Positions 38,535 to 47,860 of a stretch of 64,000 nucleotides of DNA are shown here, piece by piece. This stretch comes from Terriglobales bacterium. GTDB taxonomy: Bacteria > Acidobacteriota > Terriglobia > Terriglobales > SCQP01. A program made the translations under genes and the position numbers. The notes under the pieces are model-generated. The model was given only the letters and a program-made list of their open reading frames with translations, did no database searches and was not told the origin of the DNA. Location: NCBI GenBank assembly GCA_035553115.1, contig DATNED010000059.1, positions 41,519 through 105,518 on the forward strand, read 5' to 3'. Position 1 is the stretch's first letter. The number at the start of each line of letters is the position of its first letter.

Positions 38535-39719
38535 ATGCAATTCCGATTTTTTGCCCATTCTTGGCTCTCTGATTGGAACCATGGCAACGCCCATTTCCTC
38601 CGCGGCCTCGTGGCCGCGCTTATGCGTCGCGGGCACCAAGTGCGCGCTTACGAAGAGATCCCGCAGCCCGCTGGAGGCTGGTCGCTCGCTCATCTATTGA
38701 CCGAGACCCGCGGTCCCGCCGCCATTGCCCAAATGCGGGCCGCGTTTGCGCAGCTCGATTTGCGCTTCTACGGCTCGGCGTGCGGCAGCCTCCACCCAGT
38801 TCTTGCGGCCGCTTGTGTGCGGTGCGTACAGTCCTGGGAAGACGAATTGCGCGATGCCGACTGGGTCATTGCTCATGAATGGAATCCGCCAGAGCTGTTT
38901 CATTGGCTGCTGGAGCAGCGCCAAAAGTACGGATTCCGGCTTCTGCTTCACGATACCCATCACCGGGCGCTCACCGAGCCCGGAATCGTCGAACGTCTTC
39001 CGGTTTCGCATTTCGATGGCGTGCTCGCCTTTGGCCGGAGCCTGGCCCAAATGTATCAGCGGGCCGGCGCCAAGCGTTGTTTCGTTCTTCACGAAGCCGC
39101 CGACGCGAAGAATTTTCATCCTCGAACGGTCACACCAATGTGGGACCTGATTTGGATCGGGAATTGGGGGGACGACGAACGCACGTCTGAAATTGACGAG
39201 TACCTCTTTCGGCCCGCGCAACGACTTAGGCTGCGTGCCCTCGTTTTCGGAGTTCGTTATCCACCCGACGCCATCGCGCGGTTGCGAAATTCAGGAATTG
39301 AATTCGGCGGTTACCTCCCCAATCTTTCGGCTCCTGAGGCGTATGCGAGCGCCAAGGTCGCGCTGCACATCCCGCGCGGCCCCTATGCGCGGGAACTGCC
39401 GGGCATCCCTACAATTCGCGTCTTCGAAGCGCTCGCCTGCGGTTCGGCGCTGGTGTGCGCGCCCTGGACGGATTCCGAGTCGCTGTTTGATCCAGGCAAT
39501 GACTTCGCAACGGTTCCGACCGGCGAAGCTATGTGCGCTGCGCTTGTGCAACTCCTCAGCCAAGAGGAGCAACGAAGACAGAGGGGGGCGCATGGCGCCG
39601 CGGCCATTGCTGCGCGCCACACTTGCACCCACCGTGCCCAACAATTGGAGGCCATTTGCCAGCAGATCACCGCCCGCCACGCTCCGGCCTCAACCTCGCC
39701 GTCTTCGGTTCCAGTTTGA
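38535..39719 (+). CDS. CgeB-like glycosyltransferase (Glyco_trans_1_2-type C-terminus), paralogue 1
   Basis: MQFRFFAHSWLSDWNHGNAHFLRGL ... TIRVFEALACGSALVC ... HTCTHRAQQLE. Starts 3 nt after the GT4 stop. Confidence 0.75.
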   Translation: MQFRFFAHSWLSDWNHGNAHFLRGLVAALMRRGHQVRAYEEIPQPAGGWSLAHLLTETRGPAAIAQMRAAFAQLDLRFYGSACGSLHPVLAAACVRCVQSWEDELRDADWVIAHEWNPPELFHWLLEQRQKYGFRLLLHDTHHRALTEPGIVERLPVSHFDGVLAFGRSLAQMYQRAGAKRCFVLHEAADAKNFHPRTVTPMWDLIWIGNWGDDERTSEIDEYLFRPAQRLRLRALVFGVRYPPDAIARLRNSGIEFGGYLPNLSAPEAYASAKVALHIPRGPYARELPGIPTIRVFEALACGSALVCAPWTDSESLFDPGNDFATVPTGEAMCAALVQLLSQEEQRRQRGAHGAAAIAARHTCTHRAQQLEAICQQITARHAPASTSPSSVPV

Positions 39720-40810
39720 CCTCGGCCTTCTGGAACGGCGCCGCCACCTACTATCGTGGCATCTACAAGAATCTTCACGCTCTCGGTTACCGCATCACCT
39801 TTGCCGAACCGGACATCTATCAGCGGCAACAGCATCGCGACTGGGCAGGCGACCCGCCCTACGCCCATTGCCCGGTCTATCGAAATCGATCCGAGCTCGA
39901 TGCGCTGCTCGATCGGGCGCGCTCGGCTGATTTGATCATCAAGCACAGCGGGATCGGGGCGGAGGATGAGTATCTGGAAGCTGCGGTGCTGGAAGCTGCA
40001 GCCTCGGCGCCTTGCGAACGCCGCCCGCAGGTCGCCTTTTGGGATGTGGACGCGCCCGCAACCCTGGCTGCCATCGATTCCGATCCTGAGCAGCGCTTCC
40101 GCCGCCTGTTGCCCGCGTACGATTTTGTATTCACATACGGCGGTGGCCCGCCAGTCGTGGAGCGGTATCGCAGACTCGGTGCAAGGTGCTGCCACCCGAT
40201 TTACAACGGCTTTGATCCCGACACCCATTATCCAGCTCATGCCAGGCCGGAATTGCGCTCGGATGTGACGTTTCTCGCGCATCGGCTTCCCGATCGCGAA
40301 TTACGGGTGCAGCATTTCTTCTTCGGTGCGGCTGCACGCTGTCCCGATCAGCAGTTTCTGCTGGCAGGCAAGGGCTGGGAGGACGCCGCTCTGCCTCGCA
40401 ATATGCGCACTTGCGGCTTTGTAGCTCCAAGGGATCACAATGCCCTTAATGCCTCCGCCCGACTGGTCCTGAACCTGAATCGCGATTCCATGGCCGAAGT
40501 CGGGTTTTCTCCGCCCACCAGAATCTTTGAAGCGGCTGGTGCCGCCGCCGCCATCGTCTGCGATGCCTGGAACGGCCTAGGATTATTCTTCGAGCCCGGT
40601 CGCGAGATCCTCGTAGTCCCAGGGCCCGACGAATTGACCGACTTCGTCCGCACAATCACCGCGAACGAAGCGCAATTGCTTGGAATCCGCGCCCGCACCC
40701 GCGCACTGGAGCAGCACACCTATCGTCGGCGCGCGGAACGGTTCAACCGCATCCTCGGCGGTGCCCTGGCAACCGCGCCGATTGCGGCTCTAGCCGGTGA
40801 GGCTGCCTGA
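39656..40810 (+). CDS. CgeB-like glycosyltransferase, paralogue 2
   Basis: LAVFGSSLTSAFWNGAATYYRGI ... PTRIFEAAGAAAAIVC ... HTYRRRAERF. TTG 39656 has GGAGG 4 nt upstream and is chosen over ATG 39533, giving a 64-nt overlap with paralogue 1. The start is uncertain. Confidence 0.7.
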   Translation: MPADHRPPRSGLNLAVFGSSLTSAFWNGAATYYRGIYKNLHALGYRITFAEPDIYQRQQHRDWAGDPPYAHCPVYRNRSELDALLDRARSADLIIKHSGIGAEDEYLEAAVLEAAASAPCERRPQVAFWDVDAPATLAAIDSDPEQRFRRLLPAYDFVFTYGGGPPVVERYRRLGARCCHPIYNGFDPDTHYPAHARPELRSDVTFLAHRLPDRELRVQHFFFGAAARCPDQQFLLAGKGWEDAALPRNMRTCGFVAPRDHNALNASARLVLNLNRDSMAEVGFSPPTRIFEAAGAAAAIVCDAWNGLGLFFEPGREILVVPGPDELTDFVRTITANEAQLLGIRARTRALEQHTYRRRAERFNRILGGALATAPIAALAGEAA

Positions 40811-40812
40811 CT

Positions 40813-41919
40813 ATGCGTTTCGTGTTCTTTGGCCTATCCCTCACCTCGTCCTGGGGAAATGGGCATGCCACTACCTACCGAGGCTTGCTTGAGGGCCTTC
40901 GTCAGCTCGGACACACTTCCGAGTTCTTTGAACGCGATGTCGAGTGGTATGCCCGACACCGCGATCTGCCTCGGCCGCAGCAAGCCCGCCTCTGGCTCTA
41001 TTCCGACTGGAGCAGCATTCGCCCCACCGCGCTGAATGCGGCACGTGCTGCCGACGCCATCGTGGTCGGCAGCTATTACCCGGACGCCGTGCGCGTGCTC
41101 GATGAGCTGCTGCACCTTGGTCTGCGCGTTTGCTTCTACGATATTGATACCCCGGTTACGCTCGAGCAACTTCGCGCGCGGCAATGCGCCTACCTGCACA
41201 CCGATCAAATCCCGGCATTGAGCCTTTACTTGAGCTTCACCGGCGGCCCAACTCTGAACGAACTGCGGAACGCTTGGGGGGCTCGAATGGTTCGCCCTCT
41301 GTATTGCGCCTGTGATGAGAGGAAATACCGATCAGCCCGGCGCCTCGCGCATCCCCACGTGGCCTTGAGCTTCATGGGCACCTTCGCCCCGGACCGACAG
41401 GCAAAATTCGAACGCTTGCTCTTAAAGCCAGCCCGCCAACTCCCCCACCTTCGATTTCATGTCGCCGGCTCAATGTACCCCGACGCCACCGCTTGGCCGC
41501 GAAACATCCACTTCGATTCCCATCTCCCGCCCGATCAGCACCCCAGCTTCTATGCTGCCAGCAGATTCACCCTTAACCTCACGCGGCAAGTCATGGTCGA
41601 AGCCGGGTATTCTCCATCCATCCGGCTTTTCGAAGCTGCCGCGGCAGCCACGCCGATCATTACCGATCCCTGGCCTGGCCTGGAAGAGTTCTTTCGGCCC
41701 GGCAAAGACCTCGTCGTTGCGGCCGAATCGGAGAATCTGATTGCAGCGCTGATGGAAATGTCGTGCTCCGATGCGGCCGCGCTCGGCCGATCCGCACAAG
41801 ACCGTGTCTTCGCTCAGCACACCTGCCGCCATCGCGCACGTGAGCTTGAGTCGTTCCTGGAGGAGTGCTGCGCGCCGAAACCGCTGCCGGCACCTTCGCA
41901 ATCCAAGTTGGTCACCTAA
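40813..41919 (+). CDS. CgeB-like glycosyltransferase, paralogue 3
   Basis: MRFVFFGLSLTSSWGNGHATTYRGL ... SIRLFEAAAAATPIIT ... HTCRHRARELE. Starts 2 nt after the paralogue 2 stop. Confidence 0.75.
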   Translation: MRFVFFGLSLTSSWGNGHATTYRGLLEGLRQLGHTSEFFERDVEWYARHRDLPRPQQARLWLYSDWSSIRPTALNAARAADAIVVGSYYPDAVRVLDELLHLGLRVCFYDIDTPVTLEQLRARQCAYLHTDQIPALSLYLSFTGGPTLNELRNAWGARMVRPLYCACDERKYRSARRLAHPHVALSFMGTFAPDRQAKFERLLLKPARQLPHLRFHVAGSMYPDATAWPRNIHFDSHLPPDQHPSFYAASRFTLNLTRQVMVEAGYSPSIRLFEAAAAATPIITDPWPGLEEFFRPGKDLVVAAESENLIAALMEMSCSDAAALGRSAQDRVFAQHTCRHRARELESFLEECCAPKPLPAPSQSKLVT

Positions 41920-42007
41920 GCGTAATCCCGACCGCTCTCGCTCCTGCATCTTTAGAAATCAGTATGCGCAGGATGCGCGTGATTCTGGTTTTCATATAGG
42001 CGGCAAA

Positions 42008-43000
42008 ATGGGGGTACGTTCGCGTTCGGCGGCAATCGTTGTTCTTACCTTGATCTTCGGTGCGGCCGCAGCCGCTCCCGCTCAGGCACCCTCGGATTTG
42101 CCCCGGGCAATCAGCGGTGAGGTGCTGGATGCGTCTGGATCCCCGCTTCCTGCAGCACTCGTGGAATTGCATTCCTGGAATGGTGGATTATTGGGGTCGC
42201 AAATGACGAGTGCCAGCGGAAGGTTTCGGTTCCAAGTGCGCGATTCCGGTCCATTTCAACTGGAACTCTCCATCTTTGGAACCGTGGCATCGGTTCCATT
42301 GGACAATCCTGATCTCACAAATCTTGTGCTGCGGCTCCCGGTCCATGGACCTGATGCGGATGCAACTGCGCCCGCGACCATCCCCACCGTTTCGCTCAAT
42401 GACTTGGAAGCCCCAGCCAAGGCACAATCGAAACTTTCATCTGCGCGAAGGGCCATGGAAAAGCTGGATCTCCCTAAAGCCTGGAAACTTGTGAACGAAG
42501 CCATTCAGGCCGCCCCCAATTGGGGCCGCGCCTATCTTTATCGCGGAGTCCTCAACATGGAGAGCCGCAACTTCACCGCGGCGCAAAGCGATTTGGGCGT
42601 GGCCGTATCGCGGAATCCGAACGACCCGCTGGCTTTAACGGAACTCGGCAAGCTGTATTCCAGCCGCGGCGAACTGAACATGGCTGAGTCCTGCCTGCGG
42701 CGCGCACTGACGCATCCGCCGGTTCGCTGGCCCACGTATTTCGAGCTTGCCAATCTCGATATCAAACGCAGCAACTTCAACGATGCTGCGGCCATGGCCC
42801 AACAGGCCATCGATGCGGATCCGCCCGCACCCGCTTCCGTTCACTTCCTTGCCGCCGAATCCGCCGAGCACCTGGGGCACGTGCAGACCGCAATTCAGGA
42901 ATACCGCAGCTTTCTCGCGCTGGCGACTCCTTCGCCCGAGGTCAACGAGGCAATTGTGCAAGCGCATGCCCGTTTGATCGCTTTCGCACGCACGCATTAA
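42008..43000 (+). CDS. Secreted CarboxypepD_reg-like plus TPR repeat protein
   Basis: ATG 42008 gives the signal peptide MGVRSRSAAIVVLTLIFGAAAAAPAQA. ISGEVLDASGSPLPAALVELHS...SGRFRFQV. The C-terminal half is TPR-like (YLYRGVLNMESRNFTAAQSDLGVAVSRNPND...). Confidence 0.75.
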   Translation: MGVRSRSAAIVVLTLIFGAAAAAPAQAPSDLPRAISGEVLDASGSPLPAALVELHSWNGGLLGSQMTSASGRFRFQVRDSGPFQLELSIFGTVASVPLDNPDLTNLVLRLPVHGPDADATAPATIPTVSLNDLEAPAKAQSKLSSARRAMEKLDLPKAWKLVNEAIQAAPNWGRAYLYRGVLNMESRNFTAAQSDLGVAVSRNPNDPLALTELGKLYSSRGELNMAESCLRRALTHPPVRWPTYFELANLDIKRSNFNDAAAMAQQAIDADPPAPASVHFLAAESAEHLGHVQTAIQEYRSFLALATPSPEVNEAIVQAHARLIAFARTH

Positions 43001-43009
43001 ACTCAGGGA

Positions 43010-43759
43010 GTGCAACCCACCTCGAAGATCGTCGGCGTCATTCCCGCGCGCATGGGCGCGACCCGATTGCCAGGCAAGCCGCTGCGCGCCATTGCCGGCG
43101 TACCGATGATTCAGCGCGTGTACGAAGGCGCTGTCGGCTGCCGGCAATTGGACCAGGTCTTGGTGGCGACGGATTCGACCGAGATCGAAGCGTTCTGCCG
43201 CGAGCGCCGGATTCCGGTCCGGATGACCTCGCCGGACCACGCCTCGGGCACGGACCGGGTTTGGCAGGTAGTGGAAGAATTGGGCGCTGACGCGGCTGTG
43301 AACATCCAGGGCGACGAACCGATGGTGCGCGTGGAGATGATTGAGACGCTGGTCGCGACTTTGTTTTCCAGGCCGGAAATCGAGGTGGCTTCCCTGTTTG
43401 TTCGGGTTGGACGGGAAGAGGCACAAGTACCTAGCGCGTGCAAAGTAGTGGTCGAAGCGAACGGGACAGCTCTCTATTTTTCCCGGGCTGCAATTCCCTT
43501 CCCGCGCGAGGGGCAACCCAAGTACAAGAAGCACCTCGGCTACTACGGCTATTCGCGGCGCATGCTAGGCGCATTCCATTTCTGGCCCACTTCCGAATTG
43601 GAGCAGCACGAGCGCCTCGAGCAATTGCGGTTTCTAGATCATGGCGTGCGGATCGCAATGGCGGAAACCCCGTTCAACACCGTTGGAATCGACACTCCAG
43701 AAGATTTGGCGGAAGTTGAGCGGCTGCTTACATCCGGCGTATCGCCAGAACCGCGTTGA
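43010..43759 (+). CDS. kdsB: 3-deoxy-manno-octulosonate cytidylyltransferase
   Basis: GTG start. IVGVIPARMGATRLPGKPL ... NIQGDEP ... GYYGYSR ... LEQLRFLDHG. Confidence 0.9.
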   Translation: MQPTSKIVGVIPARMGATRLPGKPLRAIAGVPMIQRVYEGAVGCRQLDQVLVATDSTEIEAFCRERRIPVRMTSPDHASGTDRVWQVVEELGADAAVNIQGDEPMVRVEMIETLVATLFSRPEIEVASLFVRVGREEAQVPSACKVVVEANGTALYFSRAAIPFPREGQPKYKKHLGYYGYSRRMLGAFHFWPTSELEQHERLEQLRFLDHGVRIAMAETPFNTVGIDTPEDLAEVERLLTSGVSPEPR

Positions 43760-44966
43760 GGCCGCCAAAGGCGAAAGAGTTCGATATCGCACAGCGAAGG
43801 ACCCGCGGCCGTGCGTGGATTGGCGTCACATCGAGGTCGCACTCTGGATCGGCGAAGCTGTAACTGGCCGTCGGCGGCACGATTTGATGCTTCAGCGCGA
43901 GCAGCGTCGCTGCGAGCTCGATGGCGCCGCTGGCACCCATGGCGTGGCCGTGCATGGATTTCGTGGAACTGATCGAGATCTTTGCGGCATCCGCTCCGAA
44001 CACTTGTTTGATTGCGGCGATCTCGGTGGAATCGTTCAGCTTGGTGCCGGTTCCGTGCGCATTGACGTAGTCAATTTCGCGCGGCTCCATTGCAGCGGAT
44101 TCGAGCGCGCCCCGCATGGCATTGGCCGCGCCGTCAACCGAAGGCTGGGTAATGTGACCGGCATCGGCAGTGGCCCCGTATCCGGCCAGCTCTGCCAGCA
44201 CAGCTGCGCCGCGGCGCGCCGCCGATTCCGCCGTCTCCAGCACAAACATCGCGGCCCCTTCGGCCAGCACCAAGCCCGAACGATCCCGGCTGAAGGGGCG
44301 GCAGGCGTGCACGGGGTCGCCATTGGCCGGTGCCAGCACCCGCATGGCTTCCCAGGCTTTGATTACGCCGAACGTCAACGGAGCGTCGCTGCCTCCGGCG
44401 AGCATCATCTCTGCCCCCCCATACCGCAACAGCCGCCATGCCTCGCCCAGGGCATGGGTTGAAGAAGCGCATGCGGTCGAGATGGTAAAACTCGGGCCGC
44501 GTGCGCCAGTGGCCATGCTGATCTGCGAGCTCGCTGCGCTGTACATCGAGCGCGGAATGAGAAATGGATGCACGCGATTCGCCCGTTCTCCGTAGATCTG
44601 GCGGAATCCGGCGTCCTGAGTGCAGATGCCCCCCATGCCGGTGCCGGTGAGCACGCCGACGCGCTCGGGCGCGACTGCTCCGTCAGGCTCAAAGCGTGCG
44701 GGCAGTCCGGCGTGGGCCAGCGCGCGGCGGGCGCAGATCAAAGCGAATTGCGCAAAACGATCAAGTAGTTCGACCTCTTTTCCGAAATGCGCCTCGGGCT
44801 CGAAATCATGAATTTCACCGGCGACGCCGGTCGTCAGCTGCTCGGAGCGGACGCGGGTCAACGGTCCCAAACTGCTTCGCCCAGCAGCCAAGCTGGACCA
44901 GAATGCCTCGTTGTTGCTTCCGCTGGCCGCGAGGACACCGAAGCCGGTGATTACGACCTTGTGCAT
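43728..44966 (-). CDS. Beta-ketoacyl-ACP synthase (KAS I/II type)
   Basis: MHKVVITGFGV. Active-site Cys in ISTACASS, His motifs NAHGTGT and HGHAMGASG. ATG 44966 is preferred over the ORF-track start. Confidence 0.9.
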   Translation of the reverse strand: MHKVVITGFGVLAASGSNNEAFWSSLAAGRSSLGPLTRVRSEQLTTGVAGEIHDFEPEAHFGKEVELLDRFAQFALICARRALAHAGLPARFEPDGAVAPERVGVLTGTGMGGICTQDAGFRQIYGERANRVHPFLIPRSMYSAASSQISMATGARGPSFTISTACASSTHALGEAWRLLRYGGAEMMLAGGSDAPLTFGVIKAWEAMRVLAPANGDPVHACRPFSRDRSGLVLAEGAAMFVLETAESAARRGAAVLAELAGYGATADAGHITQPSVDGAANAMRGALESAAMEPREIDYVNAHGTGTKLNDSTEIAAIKQVFGADAAKISISSTKSMHGHAMGASGAIELAATLLALKHQIVPPTASYSFADPECDLDVTPIHARPRVLRCAISNSFAFGGLNAVLAIRRM

Positions 44967-44985
44967 ACACGCGGCGCAGAATTGG

Positions 44986-45243
44986 CTAGGCAGGCGACGG
45001 CGATGCCGCCCCCAGCTGATGGCGCAGCGCATCGACAACCTGCCGAATGCTTTTCATCTCGCGCGCCACTTCGTCAGGAATGGTGAGGTTGTACTTTTCC
45101 TCCAGTGCGAATACGATGTTGACCCCATCGAGGGAGTCGATTTTGAGCTCCTCGAACGTGGCTTCGGGCGAGATGGACTCCGCCGGAATCCGCTGTTCGC
45201 GGGCAATCACGGCAATCACGTCCTGGGTCAATTCATCAGGCAC
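44986..45243 (-). CDS. Acyl carrier protein
   Basis: GTG start with GGAG 6 nt upstream. 85 aa. Phosphopantetheine site KIDSLDGVNIVFALEE. Confidence 0.85.
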   Translation of the reverse strand: MPDELTQDVIAVIAREQRIPAESISPEATFEELKIDSLDGVNIVFALEEKYNLTIPDEVAREMKSIRQVVDALRHQLGAASPSPA

Positions 45244-45317
45244 ACATCGCTCCGGTGAAAGAATAATAATACAACAGGCCCCTGCGCAACAGGCAGGTAC
45301 CCCGCGAGGCAATCCGG

Positions 45318-47066
45318 ATGCAAAACGCCGAAATCGCGCGCAAGCTGCGGCAAACCGCCGACCTCATGGAGGTCGCTGGCGAGGACGGATTCCGCATCCG
45401 CAGCTATCGCAAGGCGGCGGATGTGGTGGACACCTGCCCCGAGCCGGTTGCATCCCTCGCCGCCGATCCCAAGCGCCTTCTGGCCCTGCCCGGCATCGGC
45501 AAGACCATGTGCGAGCACATTTGCGCGCTCGTCGCCACCGGTGAACTGAGCCTGCTCTCGCAGCTGCTGCACCGATTCCGCCCCGAGATGCTGGATCTGC
45601 TGCAGGTGTCCGGGCTCGGCCCCAAGACCGTCGCTTTGATTTGGCAGACCTATGGAGCTGGCACGCTCGATGAAGTCGAAGCCCTCGCCACCGCAGGTAA
45701 ATTGCGCCAGCTGCCGCGGTTGGGTGCGAAGGCAGAGGAGAAAATCCTGCGTGGCATTGCCGTCTACCGCGAACTCAGCGGCCGCTTCCGCCGCGACCAG
45801 GCGGCTGAGGTCATCGCCCTGCTTGAGCCCTGGCTTTGCGCCGCAGTTCCCGGCGTGAGCTTGACCTTCTGCGGCTCCTGGCGCCGCGGCAAAGAGACCG
45901 TTGGGGATCTAGACATCGTCGCCTGCGCGCCCGGATTCCCCGCCGCCGGAACTGCCCTGGTTGATCGCTTTCTGCATGCGCCCAGATTGGCCGCCGTCCT
46001 GGCAGAAGGTGAAAGCAAATGCTCGATCCGCCTGCAGGATGGCTTGCAGGTGGATCTGCGATTGGTGCCGCCGGAGAGCCTGGGCGCGGCGCTCCAATAT
46101 TTCACCGGTTCCCAGAGCCACAACGTCAGCTTGCGCGCGCGCGCCCAGCAGCGCGGATGCAAGCTCAACGAGTACGGAGTCTTTCGCAACAGCGACGAAA
46201 CCATGCTGGCCGGCGCCTCCGAACCGGGCGTCTATGCGGCGCTCGGGCTTGAATGGATTCCACCGGAATTGCGCGAGGACGCTGGTGAAATTGCCGCCGC
46301 CGAGAGCGCCTCCCTGCCCAAGCTGATCGAAACCTCAGATATCCGTGGCGACCTCCACATGCACACGGTCGCCAGCGACGGCAAGGCCACCATTCAGGAA
46401 ATGGCCGCCGCGGCCGCTGCCCGCGGCTATCAGTACATTGCCGTCACCGACCACTCCCAGGCGCTGGCCATGGCCAACGGGCTCGACGAAAAGCGCATGC
46501 TCGAGCACTTGTCCCGCATTCGCGGCGTCGAGGCCGATTTTCAAGTTGCGCACCCTGGATTTCGCATTCTGGCCGGCGTTGAAGTGGATATCCTCTCCGA
46601 CGGCCGCCTCGACTTGGATGATGCCGTGCTCGCCCAGCTCGACATTGTCATCGGAAGCATTCATTCGCGTTTCGATCAAAGCCGCGAAGAAACCACGGCG
46701 CGCCTGCTGCGGGCTGTTGCCAATCCGAACCTTGATGTGCTGGGGCATCCCAGTGGTCGGCTGCTCTTGCGCCGCGAGGCCTATGCGTACGACTTTGAAA
46801 AGGTACTTCAGGCTAGCGCAGCCGCCGGCGTGGCGATGGAGATCAACGCCTCGCCTGAGCGTCTCGATCTCAATGACGTGCAAGCGCGCCAGTGCAAGCT
46901 GCAAGGCGTGCCGATGCTGATTGATACGGACGCCCATCATCCGCGCCACTTGGCGAATATCGGCTTTGGCCTTGCCGTGGCCCGGCGCGCCTGGCTGGAA
47001 TCCGGCGACGTGCTCAACACCTTGCCAATTACGACCCTGTTGGGCCGGCTGCGCCGGCCGCGTTAG
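45318..47066 (+). CDS. polX: Family X DNA polymerase with C-terminal PHP domain (PolX)
   Basis: HhH N-terminus. Pol-beta nucleotidyltransferase motif CGSWRRGKETVGDLDIV. PHP motifs GDLHMHTVASDG, VTDHS and DTDAHH. Confidence 0.9.
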   Translation: MQNAEIARKLRQTADLMEVAGEDGFRIRSYRKAADVVDTCPEPVASLAADPKRLLALPGIGKTMCEHICALVATGELSLLSQLLHRFRPEMLDLLQVSGLGPKTVALIWQTYGAGTLDEVEALATAGKLRQLPRLGAKAEEKILRGIAVYRELSGRFRRDQAAEVIALLEPWLCAAVPGVSLTFCGSWRRGKETVGDLDIVACAPGFPAAGTALVDRFLHAPRLAAVLAEGESKCSIRLQDGLQVDLRLVPPESLGAALQYFTGSQSHNVSLRARAQQRGCKLNEYGVFRNSDETMLAGASEPGVYAALGLEWIPPELREDAGEIAAAESASLPKLIETSDIRGDLHMHTVASDGKATIQEMAAAAAARGYQYIAVTDHSQALAMANGLDEKRMLEHLSRIRGVEADFQVAHPGFRILAGVEVDILSDGRLDLDDAVLAQLDIVIGSIHSRFDQSREETTARLLRAVANPNLDVLGHPSGRLLLRREAYAYDFEKVLQASAAAGVAMEINASPERLDLNDVQARQCKLQGVPMLIDTDAHHPRHLANIGFGLAVARRAWLESGDVLNTLPITTLLGRLRRPR

Positions 47067-47860
47067 CGCGCTAGTCTCTGCCCCATCCGGGTCACGTCCC
47101 CGCACGCGCGAAGCCATCCCTGCGCCACACCGGGCTCGCAAATCAAGATCACCGTGGACCCAAACTCAAAAAGTCCAAGCTCTTGCCCGCGGGCAAGGCG
47201 GCACGGCGGCTCGTAGCACCGCGCGGCGGCAGCGTGCGGGCTCGGCCCGGCGTTCCACAACGGATCATACGAGGCCCGGATCGCCCCCACTAAGCACGCC
47301 CCCACCATCACCACCCCGACCATGCCTTGGTGCGTTTCCAATAGCGTGATCAGCCGCTGGTTCATCGCAAATAGTCGCGGCACTGCTGCAACCGCAGCAG
47401 GATTCACCGGCCAGTAGGTCCCGGGCACATACCAGGCATGCCGCACCAGCGCATCGGCGGGCGCGTGCACGCGATGGTAGTCGCGCGGCGACAAGTACAG
47501 CGTGCAGTAGATGCCGCCATCGAATCGCGCCGCCATTTCGCTTCCCAGGAGTTCGTGCAGCGCATACGTGCGCCCCTTCGCCTGCACTAGCTGTCCCTTG
47601 GCGACGTTGCCGCAAGCCCCGACGGTGCCGTCGCAGGGCGATACGAGGCCCTCCGAAGATGCATCAATGGGCCGGAGACCAGGCCGCAGCTTGCGGGTGA
47701 AGAAATCCTGCAGGTTGGCGAACCCGGACGCGGGAACCGCGGCTTCCACCATGTCCACGTGGTAATGCCGCGCGTACCAGGGAATCAACCACCGTGATGC
47801 GGGTGCGCGCGCGACGCGGCCCGCCCAGCGCGATAGCGCCCTGCGAGGGAGCGTAATCAT
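47063..47860 (-). CDS. psd: Phosphatidylserine decarboxylase proenzyme (short type)
   Basis: MITLPRRALSRWAGRVA ... SPCDG ... self-cleavage motif FEFGSTVIL. ATGA overlap with the lolE-like stop. Confidence 0.85.
   Translation of the reverse strand: MITLPRRALSRWAGRVARAPASRWLIPWYARHYHVDMVEAAVPASGFANLQDFFTRKLRPGLRPIDASSEGLVSPCDGTVGACGNVAKGQLVQAKGRTYALHELLGSEMAARFDGGIYCTLYLSPRDYHRVHAPADALVRHAWYVPGTYWPVNPAAVAAVPRLFAMNQRLITLLETHQGMVGVVMVGACLVGAIRASYDPLWNAGPSPHAAAARCYEPPCRLARGQELGLFEFGSTVILICEPGVAQGWLRACGDVTRMGQRLAR

Noticed and set aside
41771-42007. 79-aa extension of the TPR-protein ORF, and the ATG 39533 extension of CgeB-like paralogue 2
   Set aside because: The extensions overlap the 3' ends of upstream genes and add Arg/Pro-rich sequence. 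The internal starts give a signal peptide (42008) or align with the paralogue N-termini (39656).
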